This document shows, piece after piece, positions 1 to 13,629 of a stretch of 64,000 nucleotides of DNA (positions within the stretch are counted from its first letter, which is position 1; every line of letters begins with the position of its first letter). The stretch spans positions 16,678,001 to 16,742,000 of the forward strand of contig OX597826.1 in assembly GCA_951406725.2 (NCBI GenBank), given 5' to 3'. This stretch comes from Octopus vulgaris. Lineage: Eukaryota. The notes beneath the pieces are model-generated. The model was not told where the DNA came from. It saw only the letters and a list, made by a program, of their open reading frames with translations, and did not search any database. The position numbers were made by a program, and so were the translations under genes.

Positions 1-429
1 GGCCAATTATGTCTGTTTGAGCGATATGTAATTTGTGGAAACATGAGCCGATATTTTACAGTGATTAAAACAACATGGTTGTCTTACTTTAATGTAACAC
101 TGATAAAACACGACAATTTTATGCAAAATGTAGTTAATTATGGGAGTGTGTATGCATGCTTTTCGATGAATGATGATATATTATTCTATATTATAGTTTA
201 TATTAAGGTTGTTGCGTTATGATACCAGTAATACACTTTTGCAAAACAATCGATAACTAAAAAGTTTTATTTTAATTTTTGAAGCCCTTCTTTAGAAACC
301 CAAGCAAGGAGAAAAAGAATGGCTAAATGCATCTAAGGTGAGATCAAGATTACTGAGGTTGTAGTAATTATATGATCAGTTTATAAAAAGATATCGATTC
401 GAAATTTTTTAAATTTTTTTATCATAATA

Positions 430-640
430 TAGATTTCAAATTTTGACACAAGATCAGAAATTTTGGGTAAGATTTACGTCGATTACAAAGACACGAGTGT
501 TTAACTTGTACTTATCGTCCCAGAAAGGGATGAAATAGAAAATTGGCCTCGGTGAAATTTGATCTCAGAATGTAAAAACGAAGAAAATGCCGCTGAGCGT
601 TTTGCCCGGCGTACTAACAACCCTGCGAGCTTGCCACCTT
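430..640 (-). mobile_element. SINE family B (tRNA-like head, Nin/Deu-like central domain), diverged copy
   Basis: Reverse complement reads AAGGTGGCAAGCTCGCAG...TTCTGAGATCAAATTTCACCGAGGCCAA...TTTCATCCCTTTCTGGGACGATAAGTAC, matching the copies at 24492, 59578 and 62115. Confidence 0.75.
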
Positions 641-1014
641 TCTTACCATTCTTAATATTGCCGAATCCAGGTCATTACTAACAAGTGGATAAATGAAATC
701 GGATTAATCATCACATAACGTGATTTCGTGTCAATAATGTACATTCACAGTTTACTCTGTAGTATATTCAAAAGGTAATGCCCTTTAGAATCCTTGATGA
801 AATATTGAAAAGAAATGCCTACTGCGTTTGAGAAATATATAATTTTAATCAATATACAACATAGAGTTGCCAAATCAATTTCATGGTTGTGTTCAAGGTG
901 AAACGTAATCCTTCCACGTATACCATCCCTTTGAAAGCTGGCTTGGTTAACATTTTGAGCATATGTTCTTATTTCTTCAGTTGATTCTGTATGGTTAACA
1001 TTGATCTTTATTTC

Positions 1015-1017
<3 letters not shown>

Positions 1018-1059
<42 letters not shown>
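1018..1059. repeat. (TA)n microsatellite (representative of more than 25 such runs, e.g. 3848, 4219, 18778, 19505, 20496, 28778, 43600, 51850, 52343, 54115, 54480, 54893)
   Basis: Direct inspection. Confidence 0.95.
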
Positions 1060-1061
<2 letters not shown>

Positions 1062-2851
1062 GGGAGACCTCTTGATTTTGCCGTTCCTTAAGATCTCACA
1101 CATTCCTAATCTTCTTTATATACCAGTATTTCTAATCTTTTGGAAACTGTTCCTCTTCCCAGTTGGCTTAAATTTGAGTTAGAAGTGCACCTATCTTCAA
1201 ATTCTTCCAAGTCTGTAACAGGATGTTATTTCTTAGTTATTATCAGGATCGTCATTCTGATTACTGCAATTCCCCAAAGATCTCTTGCTGGTTTCCTGCA
1301 TCTATTTCTTTTCCCATCTTTTCCCTTCATAAGATTTTGTTCCTGATCTCTTTCTTTTAGCACATCTCATTTTTGTGACTCGTATGATTCCAAGTTTACG
1401 TTGCAACGATTAACGGCTGAAACCAGATTTTAAGTAGCTCCATAATATGTTTATTTTCTTTTAAGTGTGCAGCGTATGCGTCTCTTTAACCTGACTTTAC
1501 ACGAGAAATAAATATTTTTTAGATACCCTATCACCTACGCAGAGCCCTTTTGATTGCACACGGTAATTAAATTACCGAACTCTTCTAACAACTCTTCTAT
1601 GGACTTTATTCATTATAAGTATCCTCGCGTTCCATATTTGGGCCTATCAAATATAATGCTCAGTCAGTGTTATCATTGCTAACTATAATATTTGAAGATA
1701 TTTCAAAGAGAAGTATGAATGTAATTTTAATGATTGCTTCAATAGTTTTGGTTTTATATAGATATAATTTGCGGGCTAGCTATAGGTTATTTCAATTCAA
1801 ACTATCTGGTGTAGAAATATTCTGATGCTTAGCTTTGCCAGTTATCTAATGTTGGTATGAATATATGCTCATTTTATTTCAATTTAATAGCTGATAACTT
1901 CCGTAAGACAGGATGTAGGTAGCATGGCATTTTCCGAATGCGTGCATAATTGGGGTATAAGCAGCTTAGAAAATGTGCTTTACACACTGCACAACGTCAG
2001 ATCTTCAAAATTATTTTATTAATCCAGAATGTTATATTGTAGTTCGACCTTATATCCATGTTTAAATTGATCTGTATATAAATTCAGTGTGTGTAAGCAT
2101 ACTTGCAATTAGGTAAGTCATAAATGCAACGCACATCAAAAATCATAACCGGTGAAGAATTTTTTCAAAGATATTTCATTATTATATGAATCTAACAATT
2201 AGTTTCAGATTTCAAAGCAATTTAGTTCGTGAAATAATTCTGTGAGTTGATTTAGTACCTATGTTGTGCAAACTATGCTAAATTCAAGTTTATTGCAGTT
2301 GACATAAAAAGCGGAAGCATAAATAGATTGCCCCTTTTTCAGAATCTGTTTATTCTACAGACCTACGTCAAGTACGAACGGGCAACCTATTGAGGGACAG
2401 CTTGTTTAGAGACGAGACCAATAGCCAATTAAATAGCAGAAGATTATAAATGAATTGCAGATTATAGATCTCTTAATTTGGACGCGTGGCATATTGGGTA
2501 TAGGTTTAGGCTCAGTGTCACATGCTTTTGAATTTGATTTTTGCATTCTATGGCGCGTTAAGATTCTTACGTCATTTTGCGCTGCTCCATTCTACAGCTG
2601 AAAAGCATATCAACCAAGCACTGATGTAGGTTCCATCCGCTGCAGGTATCATATCCTAGTTATTTCACTGGATCACTGGACCGAGAAATATGATTTTGCT
2701 GTTGTTTCCAAATATATGGGTACATAAAACAACGAGCAAAAGCGTGGTCTATGCTAAAAAGCTTTGGTGATGCACAATATCCCTCGTTCTTAGCTATCTT
2801 TTTATCTATCTATACTTCGCTCTCTCCCTATATATACATATATATATATAT

Positions 2852-3264
2852 ACTCTTTACTCTCTCTTTTACTCTTTTACTTGTTTCAGTCATTTGACTG
2901 TGATCATTCTGGGGCACTGCCATTAGTCGAGCAAATCGACCCGATGACTTATTCATTTTAAGCATAGTACTTAATATATCGGACTCTTTTGCCGAACCGC
3001 TAAGTTACGAGGACGTAAACACCCCAGTATCGGTTGTCAAGCGATGTTGGGGGGACAAGCACAGACACTCAAACACACACACATGTATATATACATATAT
3101 ACGACGGGCTTCTTTCAGTTTCCGTCTACCAAATCTACTCACAAGGTTTTGGTCGACCCAAGGCTATAGTAGAAGATACTTGCCCAAGGTGCCACGCAGA
3201 GGGACTGAACCCGGAACCATGTGGTTCGTAAGCAAGCTGCTTATCACACAGCCGCTCCTACACC
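2852..3264 (-). mobile_element. SINE family A (tRNA-derived head, CCTTGGGCAAGT core, internal TA/CA microsatellite, AAAGAGT tail), full length
   Basis: Minus strand GGTGTAGGAGCGGCTGTGTGATAAG...GGTTCCGGGTTCAGTCCC (Pol III A/B-box-like); same sequence at 28378, 26520, 32921, 51515. Confidence 0.9.
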
Positions 3265-3844
3265 TATATATATATAGAGAGAGAGAGACAGACAGACAGA
3301 CAGGCAGACAGACAGACAGACAGACAGAGACAGAGAGAGACAGAAAGAGTTGAAAAACGATTGGAGATCTATACAAGGCAAGTTTTTTTTTATATAAAAA
3401 CGGAGGTGGAAATAGCAGAGAAGTAAATCTAAGACGTTTCAATTTAAGAAGGTATTTATCAAGAATGATTTTAAAAATTATATTAAGAAAATATTTCCAG
3501 TTTCGATGATGGATCTCATCTTATGAAATATTAGTTCCAATTTATACAAGTTTGAAGGAAAAACAGTTTATCTTCTGTCAAGGAATCAAAAACATGTCTG
3601 GAGATTTTTCATTGAAATCTTCTTTGGTACAGAGTTCAAAGTGTTAGACAGTAAGAGAGGGGCGTGCATTTGTCTATTGGAATTTATGCATTTGTCTATT
3701 AGGATTTGTGTCCACCTGTGTGTGAGTGTGTGTGTATGTATTATATTCAATGTCCTTTCAACACACATGCACACACGCACACAAACACACACATACTCAC
3801 ACATACACAGAAAAGAAAACATCGCGAAAAGCACACTCACACAC

Positions 3845-3901
<57 letters not shown>

Positions 3902-4212
3902 CGCAGCTTGGATAATGGACAGAATCAACAATTGTTGAAATGTTTGCAAGACGCAACGAAATTTTTTTTTTTAATTAAATAAGTAAATGAGTTTTTTATG
4001 ATGATAGTCTGTATTCCCGCGATGATATGCTAACTACTTACTGAATCCACACCTGGCTCGTGTTTTGTTATATTCAAAGTAGTTCTGTTCACAATCTCTC
4101 TCTCTCTCTCTCCCTCTCTCTCTCTGTCGCTCTCTGCCAACAGTTTAGAGATTTATCTACTTATGACTATGAATTGGTAACCAATTAAAGATGATATGTG
4201 GTTAGAGATTCT

Positions 4213-4261
<49 letters not shown>

Positions 4262-4394
4262 ATATAATAATAAGGGTAAACAATTTCTATAATGGTTTTT
4301 AAAAAAAAGACCACAATTATTTACTGGTAGAATTCGGTATGTAAATATAGCCGATTACCGGCAGGAACTTCTGTAAAGTTCAGTATATATATTG

Positions 4395-4825
4395 TATATA
4401 AGAAAAAGGGACAGGCAACAGGTTGCTTGACCGCATACCGAAAAAAGTAGAAATAGCAGTCAAAAATGCTTATTTCTAATTTCCACAAATGGGGCTCCAG
4501 GCACGACAAACCCTGTAATTCACATATGCAAAACAGAAGGAATAGATATTCGAAAACGAAGTCTGGTGGTTATCTGTGAACATCATGTTTCTGGATATAT
4601 ATGAAATATATATCAAAAGTATATATGAAATATATATCCAGAAACATGATGTTCACAGATAACCACCAGACTTCGTTTTCGTATATCTATTCCTTCTGTT
4701 TTGCATATGTGAATTACAGGGTTTGTCGTGCCTGGAGCCCCATTTGTGGAAATTAGAAATAAGCATTTTTGACTGCTATTTCTACTTTTTTCGGTATGCG
4801 GTCAAGCAACCTGTTTTCTTATATA
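4395..4825. repeat. Long near-perfect inverted repeat (arms 4417-4602 and 4630-4815, 27-nt spacer)
   Basis: AACAGGTTGCTTGACCGCATACC...CTGGATATATAT pairs with ATATATATCCAG...GGTATGCGGTCAAGCAACCTGTT; only one mismatch seen (GATATTCG vs GATATACG); outer TATATAAGAA/TTCTTATATA extends the match past a short indel. Confidence 0.95.
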
Positions 4826-4844
4826 TATATATATATATATAGTT

Positions 4845-4885
4845 ACTAGCATTATGACCCGTCGTTGCCGGGTCATAGTGCTAGT
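4845..4885 (-). mobile_element. Helitron-like 3' terminus (hairpin + CTAG|T) that is itself a 17-bp palindrome; element body probably continues to ~6.1 kb
   Basis: ACTAGCATTATGACCCG-TCGTTGC-CGGGTCATAGTGCTAGT; same layout as the Helitron end at 32889. Confidence 0.55.
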
Positions 4886-6114
4886 GCATGTATATATGTG
4901 TATATATATGTGTACATATTACATGTACATCTATATATATATACATCTACACATAAAATACAAAATACAAAGTTATATCTTGATATCGCTAGTGATAACA
5001 ATACTCAAAATATATGAGACTGAAATTGTAGGCCCGTCTCTTGCAATTTCGATCAATTGTATCTTGTCCTCCCTCTTGTATAGAAGTGTGCCTACCTCAA
5101 CTTCTGGGGAAACATTTTAAATTTTTATCCGGGATGTCCTACGTCCCAGATATAAAGGTAAAAATAAAATATTTCCACTTTGCAAGGTTGGAGTCGAGTA
5201 TTCCCTTGCACGCTCCGTTGACTCGAACCTTGCTTCTATTGTGGTGAATTTACCGCGTCTTGTTAGATACTTGATATCTTTCATAGTCGCACCAAGATAC
5301 TTTTTGATGGTGCTTTCCTCTAAGTGTTCAAATCTTTTTTTTTCTCTACATTATATACTTTATAGACAATAGTCTTTTCTTTAATTTAATTTTTTTATTT
5401 CGTTTGGTGGTGTTATCCTACATTCACTGTCTTTGTCGGTGATCAATCCGAAATAGGTTTGTATTTCTTCCATTTTAATTTTAATGAGTTCGCGCCCGCC
5501 GACGGCTGCAGCGAAATTCATTTTTGAACTTTCTTCTATCGAAGATATTCTAACAAATATGCTTCCGTGTAAACGGTGAAAATATTGTCAATTCCCCCAA
5601 ACAGGGGCACAATTCAACTTTTAAACACTAACCAAAGCTCCTTCTCCCAAAGGGGGTAGTTACAGTTTACAATTATTTAACAAATGCAACACAACAACGT
5701 TTCCCTTACGAGGAACCAACAAACGTGATAACAATAGTTAAACAGTAATAATAATAACAACAAACCTTACGGTGAATCAAAAAGCAGTACGCAGTTGATT
5801 TAATTTAATTTATTCCCATTCATGTGAAACCACTTATTCAAGTTCAAGTCATTGATGCAATTTTATGCCAATTGCTATTTTTACTTTTGTTATGTTACGA
5901 TTATATTATACTTTAGTTTGATTTTAATTATTACTTACTACATATAATTCAATTGTTATTATTATCTCTAATTTTTATTGTTGCAGTGAAAGTATCTGAC
6001 ATAAAATAGAGAAATTTTTTTGTTTCACTTTTAACACATAATACTGAAATAGTGGAGAAGATATGATATTACTATGGGCTCGCCCTAGGCAAGAAGTTGA
6101 ACATAGTTTTGGCC

Positions 6115-6900
6115 CATGAAGCTACCCAAGTGTCATTATTAGAACCATTATTTGTAACATAGGAAAGCACATTTTATTACTATCTTCGGACTAGGCAGCT
6201 GTTCGCAATGCCAGCGCGTGTGATAATGACGCTTTGCATAGCAGTGGGTTTTCGGAGAAGAACCAATATATTCATAACGAAAGTAACGATAGTAAAACCT
6301 GTAAAACCAAAACTAGAAAGGTTTTGTCCTTAAATCCACCCTTCAGCATCACCATTAGAATCCATGTAGATAAAGAATTTTAAATCTAGAATTTTCCATA
6401 GAAGAATGCCTAAGGCTAGCAATTTTTCTTGTAAAACATTGCCTCTTTAACTAACCAGCACGACACGAAGATCCGTAGCATAACTGATGATGCTGTAGGA
6501 AGAGATAACTGAAAATGTAATTGTAATAACCAAAGTAGCTGCCCTTTAAAGGGTAATTGTCTGATCAAAGGCATAGTCTATAGAGCCAAAGTCCAGTTGG
6601 GTAATACGAGTGCATAAAAGACATGCACAAATTCTACAGAAAATTCTTTGAATATCCTTACACAAAAATTCCTTTAAGTAGCCGTAAAATAGAACTGCAA
6701 TGAGCCTGACCAAGCACAGACATGAGTTAATAGAAGCAGGTTCTTCTTTTAAAAATTACTGGTTTACTTTAGGAAAGCCTACCCTGTACAGTCATGGGCT
6801 TATAGAAGCTGAATGAGGAACCATTTGTTTTTGAGCAAAAAGTTATTCCAGGATAAACAAAATTTAAACTGGAAAACTAGTCTTTTGAACTATTGCAGAT
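6115..6900 (+). mobile_element. Decayed Penelope-like element: RT thumb/linker and GIY-YIG endonuclease
   Basis: Manual translation gives SYPSVIIRTIICNIG...NDALHSSGF, KTRKVLSLNPPFS (WFNPPF-like) and KCNCNNQSSCPLKGNCLIKGIVYRAKV (6513 onward), all PLE-type motifs; multiple stops. Confidence 0.75.
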
Positions 6901-8639
6901 ATGTTTCCAGGTACCTTGTGAATTGCCAAATGATCTCATATTAGCAGCAAATTTTCGACTTTAGCTTCCTCGCTCTTATTGCATATTTTCTCTTATTGCA
7001 TATTTTATTCAACAATACGCAATCATTCCAAAAAAAAAAAAGGAAAGAAAAATATTCAACTTCTTCGCAAACTATCTCGCTCTTCAATAGTTTTAAACGG
7101 CTTCTTTTACCGCCGAAAAATAAGGAATTTTATCCATGGCATTTCCCAAACGGTTTTAGATTTTAATTTTTAACTTTTAATTTCTAAGTTTTACTGTTAG
7201 TTTATAATGTAAACGTATGTCCAGTGAAAACATTATTTTTCGTGTTTTTCTTATGGTCTTGCAAGTTTTACTTATTACTTAATTTTCTCCTTCAAATATC
7301 TATTATTTTGTACATCTTTATTCTATGAAATATATGTAGGTAACCCTCCAAGAGCTCCATGCCGTGGAATAATATTACCTAAAATGATATATTTCAATTT
7401 ATTTTATGCTTTAATGTACTATTTTAATTCATTTTATTCATTCATCTAAATATTTTCATTTGTCACACGCTACTTTCATATTATTATTTTCTGACCCATA
7501 CATGAACCCTTGAATTGTTCCCTTATACTTTCTACTTTCCTTGCTTTCAAACTGTTCCTTCGATATATATATATATATTTGTTACAATAGTGTCTTCTGC
7601 TGACCATCTTTCATCTCCACATATAACATACACAATGCTTTCTCCCTCTCTCCCTCTCTCTAGCCTCTTTCAGTTCTTTCTTACCTCCTTCTTACTCACT
7701 CTACTTTCTCCTTCACCTCTTTAACAAATATCGTTATCATCATTTCTCCTCTTTCTTTTTCTTTTCATTTCTTAAACGTGCGAATTTATAATTACCTATA
7801 CAGAATCTAGATGTGTACACGAGTGATAATATATATAATATATCTGTTCAAGTATGTATATGTATATTTATGTGCGTGTATTATACGTGCTACGTGCGTA
7901 TATATAGATTAGGTACGTGTGTATGTTTTGCCAATGTATAGACATGCATATCTGATTATATATGCCTGCATATGACTTTATATGCGTGCATATATTGTGC
8001 ATCGTACTCTGGTTAATGAAGTTTTCATCGTTCTACCACCGAACTTATTCCTGCAATTTAATTATTGATCATTAATTTTTTCTCGCTACACATTTCCCGC
8101 TTTGTACACAAGGAGTTTACCGATCCTAGCATAGTATATTGATAATTTTCAGTTGATTTTCAATTCTCCGCACCAAATGGTAACGTAAACCAAACTACTA
8201 TATTTTGAAAATGAGCCAGCCAATCAGATTTAACTGCTTATTTGTTGAATTGGAATGCAATTACAATTTAAATAAAGTATTCATCCCAACTGTCTGTCGA
8301 ACAGGAATGTGTATCACTGCGTAATATTTTTTTTAAGATTTTAGCAGCTTTAATTAAAACATATCACTCTAACTTCGGCATTTGAGTAGTATTTCTTCTA
8401 CCTTGTTTTGCAGTTATGTGCTTATCCGTTATACATGTTTATGTGTAAATAGATATATGTGTTGTGTGCGTGCGTGCTTGTGAGTGTGTGCTAGTGTAAG
8501 TGTTTGCATGTGTGTGTGTGACTGAGTGAGTGAGAGAGTTGACACACACACACACACACACGTACATACCTGTGCATAGTACATATACACACTCTGAAAT
8601 GCCTACGCTATTATCCTCACCCACAAACATTTTGAGTTT

Positions 8640-9130
8640 CTTAACTGACACACTCGTGCTTATATCAACCTGGATTATAGCCAAAACTTTTCTAGTCATA
8701 AAACATCTTCATTGAGTAATATGGGAGATATCGTTTAACATGCGATAATAACCATCTGAGTTTTTCGGACCAGTGTTTTACCTCGGAGGTACACTCTCGT
8801 GAACTCTGTTTTACGTACTCCTAAACTATAGAAATTACCCCGTTTGATATATACTTAGTAATACTGCAGATATCTGATTTAAGCACATAAACCCCCTGAT
8901 ATTTCTTGAGACCCATATATCAAATTCCACTTTTAACACTGCCATTAGGTTTATTACCTCCTCGATATCTCACAGATGCTGACAGTATTAGTAAGAATAT
9001 TTTATATAGGATCCTTTCTAACATTAAGGAAAACGTACGTGGGCCTGTGTCTATGGAAGTGTAGAGAGGAAGTAATACTCTAGTGCAAAATAATTAATAT
9101 TAAGACTAATATCTCTTCGATCACACCAAC
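8640..9130 (-). mobile_element. Highly decayed LINE RT remnant (CR1/Jockey-like)
   Basis: Minus strand GAGAGTGTACCTCCGAGG...GGTCCG...AACGATATC resembles GVPQGS.LGP...INDL; no open frame. Confidence 0.3.
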
Positions 9131-9194
9131 ACTATTTTATAAAGCTATTAAAGGGCTAAAATATTTTCGCATATGTCTCAGGTTGATATTTGTT

Positions 9195-9421
9195 TCAAAT
9201 TTTGGCAAAGAGATAGTTATTTTGGGGGAGCGACTAAGTCAATTAAATCGACCCATTAATGCAACTGGTAATTATCTTATCGATCCCGAAAGGATGAAAG
9301 TTAAAGTTAAAGTTAAAGTTAAAGTCGACCTCGGCTCAATTTGAACTCGGAAAGTACAGATTGACCAAAGGCAGATAAGCATTTTGTCCGGTATGCTAAC
9401 GGTTCTGCCAGCTCGCCGCTT
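9195..9421 (-). mobile_element. SINE family B copy with internal (GTTAAA)4 expansion
   Basis: Reverse complement AAAGCGGCGAGCTGGCAGAACCGTTAGC...GAGTTCAAATTGAGCCGAGGTCGACTT...CTTTCATCCTTTCGGGATCGATAAG. Confidence 0.85.
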
Positions 9422-10317
9422 TGTCTCAGGTTGATATTACTATTATACTGTTAGCTAGGCAAACATTATTTTTTTCAGGCGAATATCTGGGAAAGGCATT
9501 CCCGGCTAATGAGTTTGATATGGCCATTGGGTTTCTCTGAATCTGCATTAGTTACCTAATGGCTGTGTTAAAAGAGAAATGTTTATTTATATGGATATGT
9601 GCATGTGTATATACATGGCCAAACATAATGCTGGAAACCTAAAGAAATACACAGCTAAAGATACACATCTACTTATCTCAAGAGTGGGAAATGTAATCTC
9701 ATAAAGCTAATTTACTTCAAAAACCAATTAAGCAGTTAGTGTTTAGAAGTCAGTGACATTAGTTGGTGCCTTAATGTGATTTGTTTATCTCTTGGTTTTC
9801 TTTGCCCTTATTACATTACTATCAATATACCTAAAAAGAAACAATTTGCGGAGTTTGAGACTGAAACAACATTTAATAAAAGAATACCATATTACAGAAA
9901 ATACGTTGATTGTTGTCTCACAGTACCTAACAAACTTTGTATTTGTGGCATTCACTGGTGACGATACTATAATTAGTTCAGAGATTATAAAATATATGTA
10001 GGACTTTTTTTCTTTTCTATTTGCATTTCTTTATATGTGTCTGTTTGTACTTTTGCATTTCTGTTTGCTTGCTTCGTTTATATTTTTGTCAGAAACAAAA
10101 ATTATCAGTAAGTTACTTTTACGTGTCATGTTTATAGAAAACTGATCTATAAAATATTTGGGTATGATGTTTACTGAATAAAATTAGGTACTGAAACTAT
10201 AAACAACATGTAAAATGATGGAAAATTTAAATGGATTTACAAGCAAATTAATCCATGGGAAATATTTTTGGATTATTAATAAGATTAAGAAATAGTCAGG
10301 TGCTTATACAATGTGTT

Positions 10318-10448
10318 CATTATTATCATCATCATCCATATTTTCCTCCACACCATCATCAAATTCGCCAATACCTCCACCACATTTAACATCATCATCA
10401 TCACCATCGTCATCGTCGTCTTCGTCATCATCAACATCATCATCATCC

Positions 10449-10479
<31 letters not shown>

Positions 10480-10497
10480 TAACGCCATTACCGTCAT
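10318..10497. repeat. Degenerate (CAT)n microsatellite
   Basis: Runs of CATCATCAT with CAC/CGT variants. Confidence 0.9.
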
Positions 10498-11953
10498 AAA
10501 TATTCTGTCTTGTACGTTACCTTTTTCAGAAGTCGACTCAATAAAGGATAAGTATTATATTTGATGGTCACATTGTGTTGAATATTGGCAAGAACTCCTC
10601 ATATGATCTTACTTAAGTTCTGCATCAAATAGCATTCTATTTATCACAAATCGCTTTTTAATGTATTTCTAATATCGTTATCATTAACCAGATGTATATT
10701 ACCGTGTCAACGTAGCCTAATTGCATAATTTATATTTATTTTATAGATCACACCTTAGTACTTTTACTTCTAATTCTATTTGTGCTATATCTGTTATTTT
10801 GTAATCGAATTTGATTCTAAATGCTTGTTCTATCTTTAGTTTTGTTTTATTTTTAGAGATACTCATATTTTCGTTTCGGAATGAATCTCTGAAGAATATA
10901 AACCATGTATTGACCGTTTGTCATATTTTGATAACTTTATCTGATGAAATGAGTTTGTAAGTGTTATATTTCGAAATGAAAATATGGGATCATAGAATTA
11001 TTGAAGCAAACATAATAATGAATTCCAAATATCAATAGCTTGGCTTCTGTCTTCTTTTCCAACTTTAAACATTAACTCCAAATTTATGCACCAGACTTAG
11101 CTAAGTAAGCAGTGCATTTAAAGTTAATTGTAACTTAAGTGTGTTGGATGAGTGCATATGTGTGTATGAATTCTATATGTGATTACGTATGCCTGTATGT
11201 GTTTCTGTATAAATTAATATAGAGAGTCCTAAATTTGAAAAGCGAAGGAAACCTGAATTAGCAATTTTCGTATCTGAAAGTACTAGCAGCTTAGGAAACC
11301 GTTATCGATATGAACAAACTGGTACTGAAACCTTTATTCGTGATTTTGCCGCATATCATTGCATAAACTGTTACTTTTACTTTCGCTTCTAAAATGTTTT
11401 GTGAATATTCTTCAATGATAAAATAAATCATTATACTTAATGTGTGTAAAGGTAACTGAAAATTCAGATTACATGTTATTTTTTTTATGGAAGTCTAAGG
11501 AATTTTTACTTCAGTGATTACTGTATGATTTATTCTTATTTATATTTCAATTATGTATTTATATCTATTTATTTATTTTATTTACTTTCGGTGAAGAATG
11601 CTTGCAACTGGGTTTAAAACTTTGATGGTAAGTTAAAATATGTCCTCAAGCTAGAGAATCAGGTATTATTGCTACAAATATAGCCAGTTTTTAGTAGAAT
11701 TATAGAAAACAACATATCTCGATGGGTATAAACATAAATAGTTTTGGTTTTCTGCTTTCGTGGCTATCGATAGAAATATGAACCAATTAGAGATATCTGC
11801 TATGTACAATTGGCTTTTTATCCAATTACGCTACATTTTTCCTTTCTCTGGCTCTTCCACAGAGGTTGGCAGATCGTCAACGCTACCAGAACAGCCAAAC
11901 ACATACATGCATACATAAATACATACAAACATACAGATATATATGCATAAATG

Positions 11954-11985
<32 letters not shown>

Positions 11986-13097
11986 CAGAATGATTTGTGC
12001 AGAATAAAATATATGTATATATATACATACATATATATAATACACATAAGTACAAGCATATACGTGTATGTGAAGAAGAGAGAAACACAAAACTGTATTT
12101 TTGTTTATATATAAATATTATGAGCATCTATATTTAAGGAGTGAATATATTATAACATAATGGAAATAGAATGAAAAATAAAATACATTATAAATTTGGC
12201 ACTGATTTCACCAATCATGTTGTTGGCGCATGAACAAAAGAGAATTAATTCCTGGTAGGTAATCTTTGAATATGAATTCTGCCGTGGAATATATAGAAAC
12301 GTATAGCAGCTCAGTGCACCTAATCATATACGACTAATATGAAGAAAGTTTAGTAAAACCGATAAGTAATAAATAATTGAGCTAAATCTTTTGAATTTCT
12401 ATTAAGACAATTACGATTATAACTATAAGAATTACGTAAACCTCTTTACGTAACACTGGTAGTTCTCAGATCGTTAACCTATACACCGTATTGAAAAATG
12501 TGATGCCTATCTAGAGAGGTGGATTCTTAGCTAATTACTAAGTTTGGTATCATATCTACTTCGCCAGGAATTCATGCAACATTCATTACTGGTAAAGAAT
12601 AATGCAAACTTTGTATCACGACATTATGATGTGGACCGGAAGACGAGTTTAGGAAATACCTAACAATGGTGGACTTGTATGACACTTAGTTTGATTAATA
12701 GGTTTGAAGTTCATTTTGAAATATACCACTCCTATTATAGCTATAATGTCTCTTCAATCATCAAAACTATTTTAATCTTTCATATCTTCAATGAAGTGCA
12801 TATTCAATTGATCATATTTTATCTGTTTTATTGGTTACATTGACGAATGTAATAATATACGAGTCCATACGCACACGAACCAATCATTTAATTATGTACA
12901 AAAACATGATGTATGTGACCTCCATCTTAAATCATTTCCTTCCTTTTGATCTCCCTTATAAAAATAGTCTTAAATTTAATTAAGCTGTGTACTGTATAGG
13001 AGTACATATTTTACGTTTTAAAAGATTTGCTAAATTTATATTACTAGCCAATTCTTTGGGAGCTATATGATATCGATTTTGTGCTTCGCTTTGTTTT

Positions 13098-13200
13098 GTT
13101 TTTACTTGTTTCACTCACCATACTGCGGCCATACTGTGGCACTGCCTCAGTGTGAAACAAATTGACTCCAATACTTACCTCTTAAAGTTTTGTACATATT
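13098..13200 (-). mobile_element. SINE family A 3' fragment, diverged
   Basis: TTTTACTTGTTTCA...CTGCGGCCATACTGTGGCACTGCC matches the family A tail. Confidence 0.55.
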
Positions 13201-13629
13201 CCTGCCATCTTAGTCGCATAAATCTCTATATTACGAAGCTTGCTTGCTTGCTTGGTGAGGAGGAGATTCTTGAACACCCTGCGAGATTTAACACAAAATG
13301 CAACAAAATATGTTGAGAATATATATGTATATATATATGTATATGTATATATTGTTCTGGTGTATGTGTGTGTATAGGTGTGTGTATGTGTACATATGTA
13401 AATAAAACATTCTTAAAGTCTAAAAATATTTTTATCGTTTAATTCTAATTCTAATCTTAATTTTTTTCGAGAAGCACAATCTGAAGAGACCTGCAGTCGA
13501 TATAGCTACCAATCACTTTGCACCCACTTGTCTGATCTACCATGAAGTTGGTCAACTACCTGCAGCTGATGGTCTTTCACACCTGCAGGAAAAACACGAA
13601 ATACAGTAATTTTCAGAAGAACTTTTAAA

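Noticed and set aside
1400-2300. Minus-strand CR1-like RT relic
   Set aside because: Only scattered short motif hints; too weak to call
3489-3532. Minus-strand hammerhead fossil (GATGA/TCATC stem + GAAA)
   Set aside because: CTGATGA box too degenerate (TTCATAA) to support
6510-6512. In-frame TGA before the CNC motif as selenocysteine
   Set aside because: Copy is decayed with TAA/TAG stops too, and the TGA is not at an evident Cys position
10941-10980. CTGATGA...GAAA spacing (similar cases at 6484 and 49908)
   Set aside because: No convincing stems II, III or I
13474-13514. Hammerhead-like CTGAAGA-GAC-CTGCA-GTC-GATA upstream of the RTE
   Set aside because: GAAA mutated and no stem I pairing
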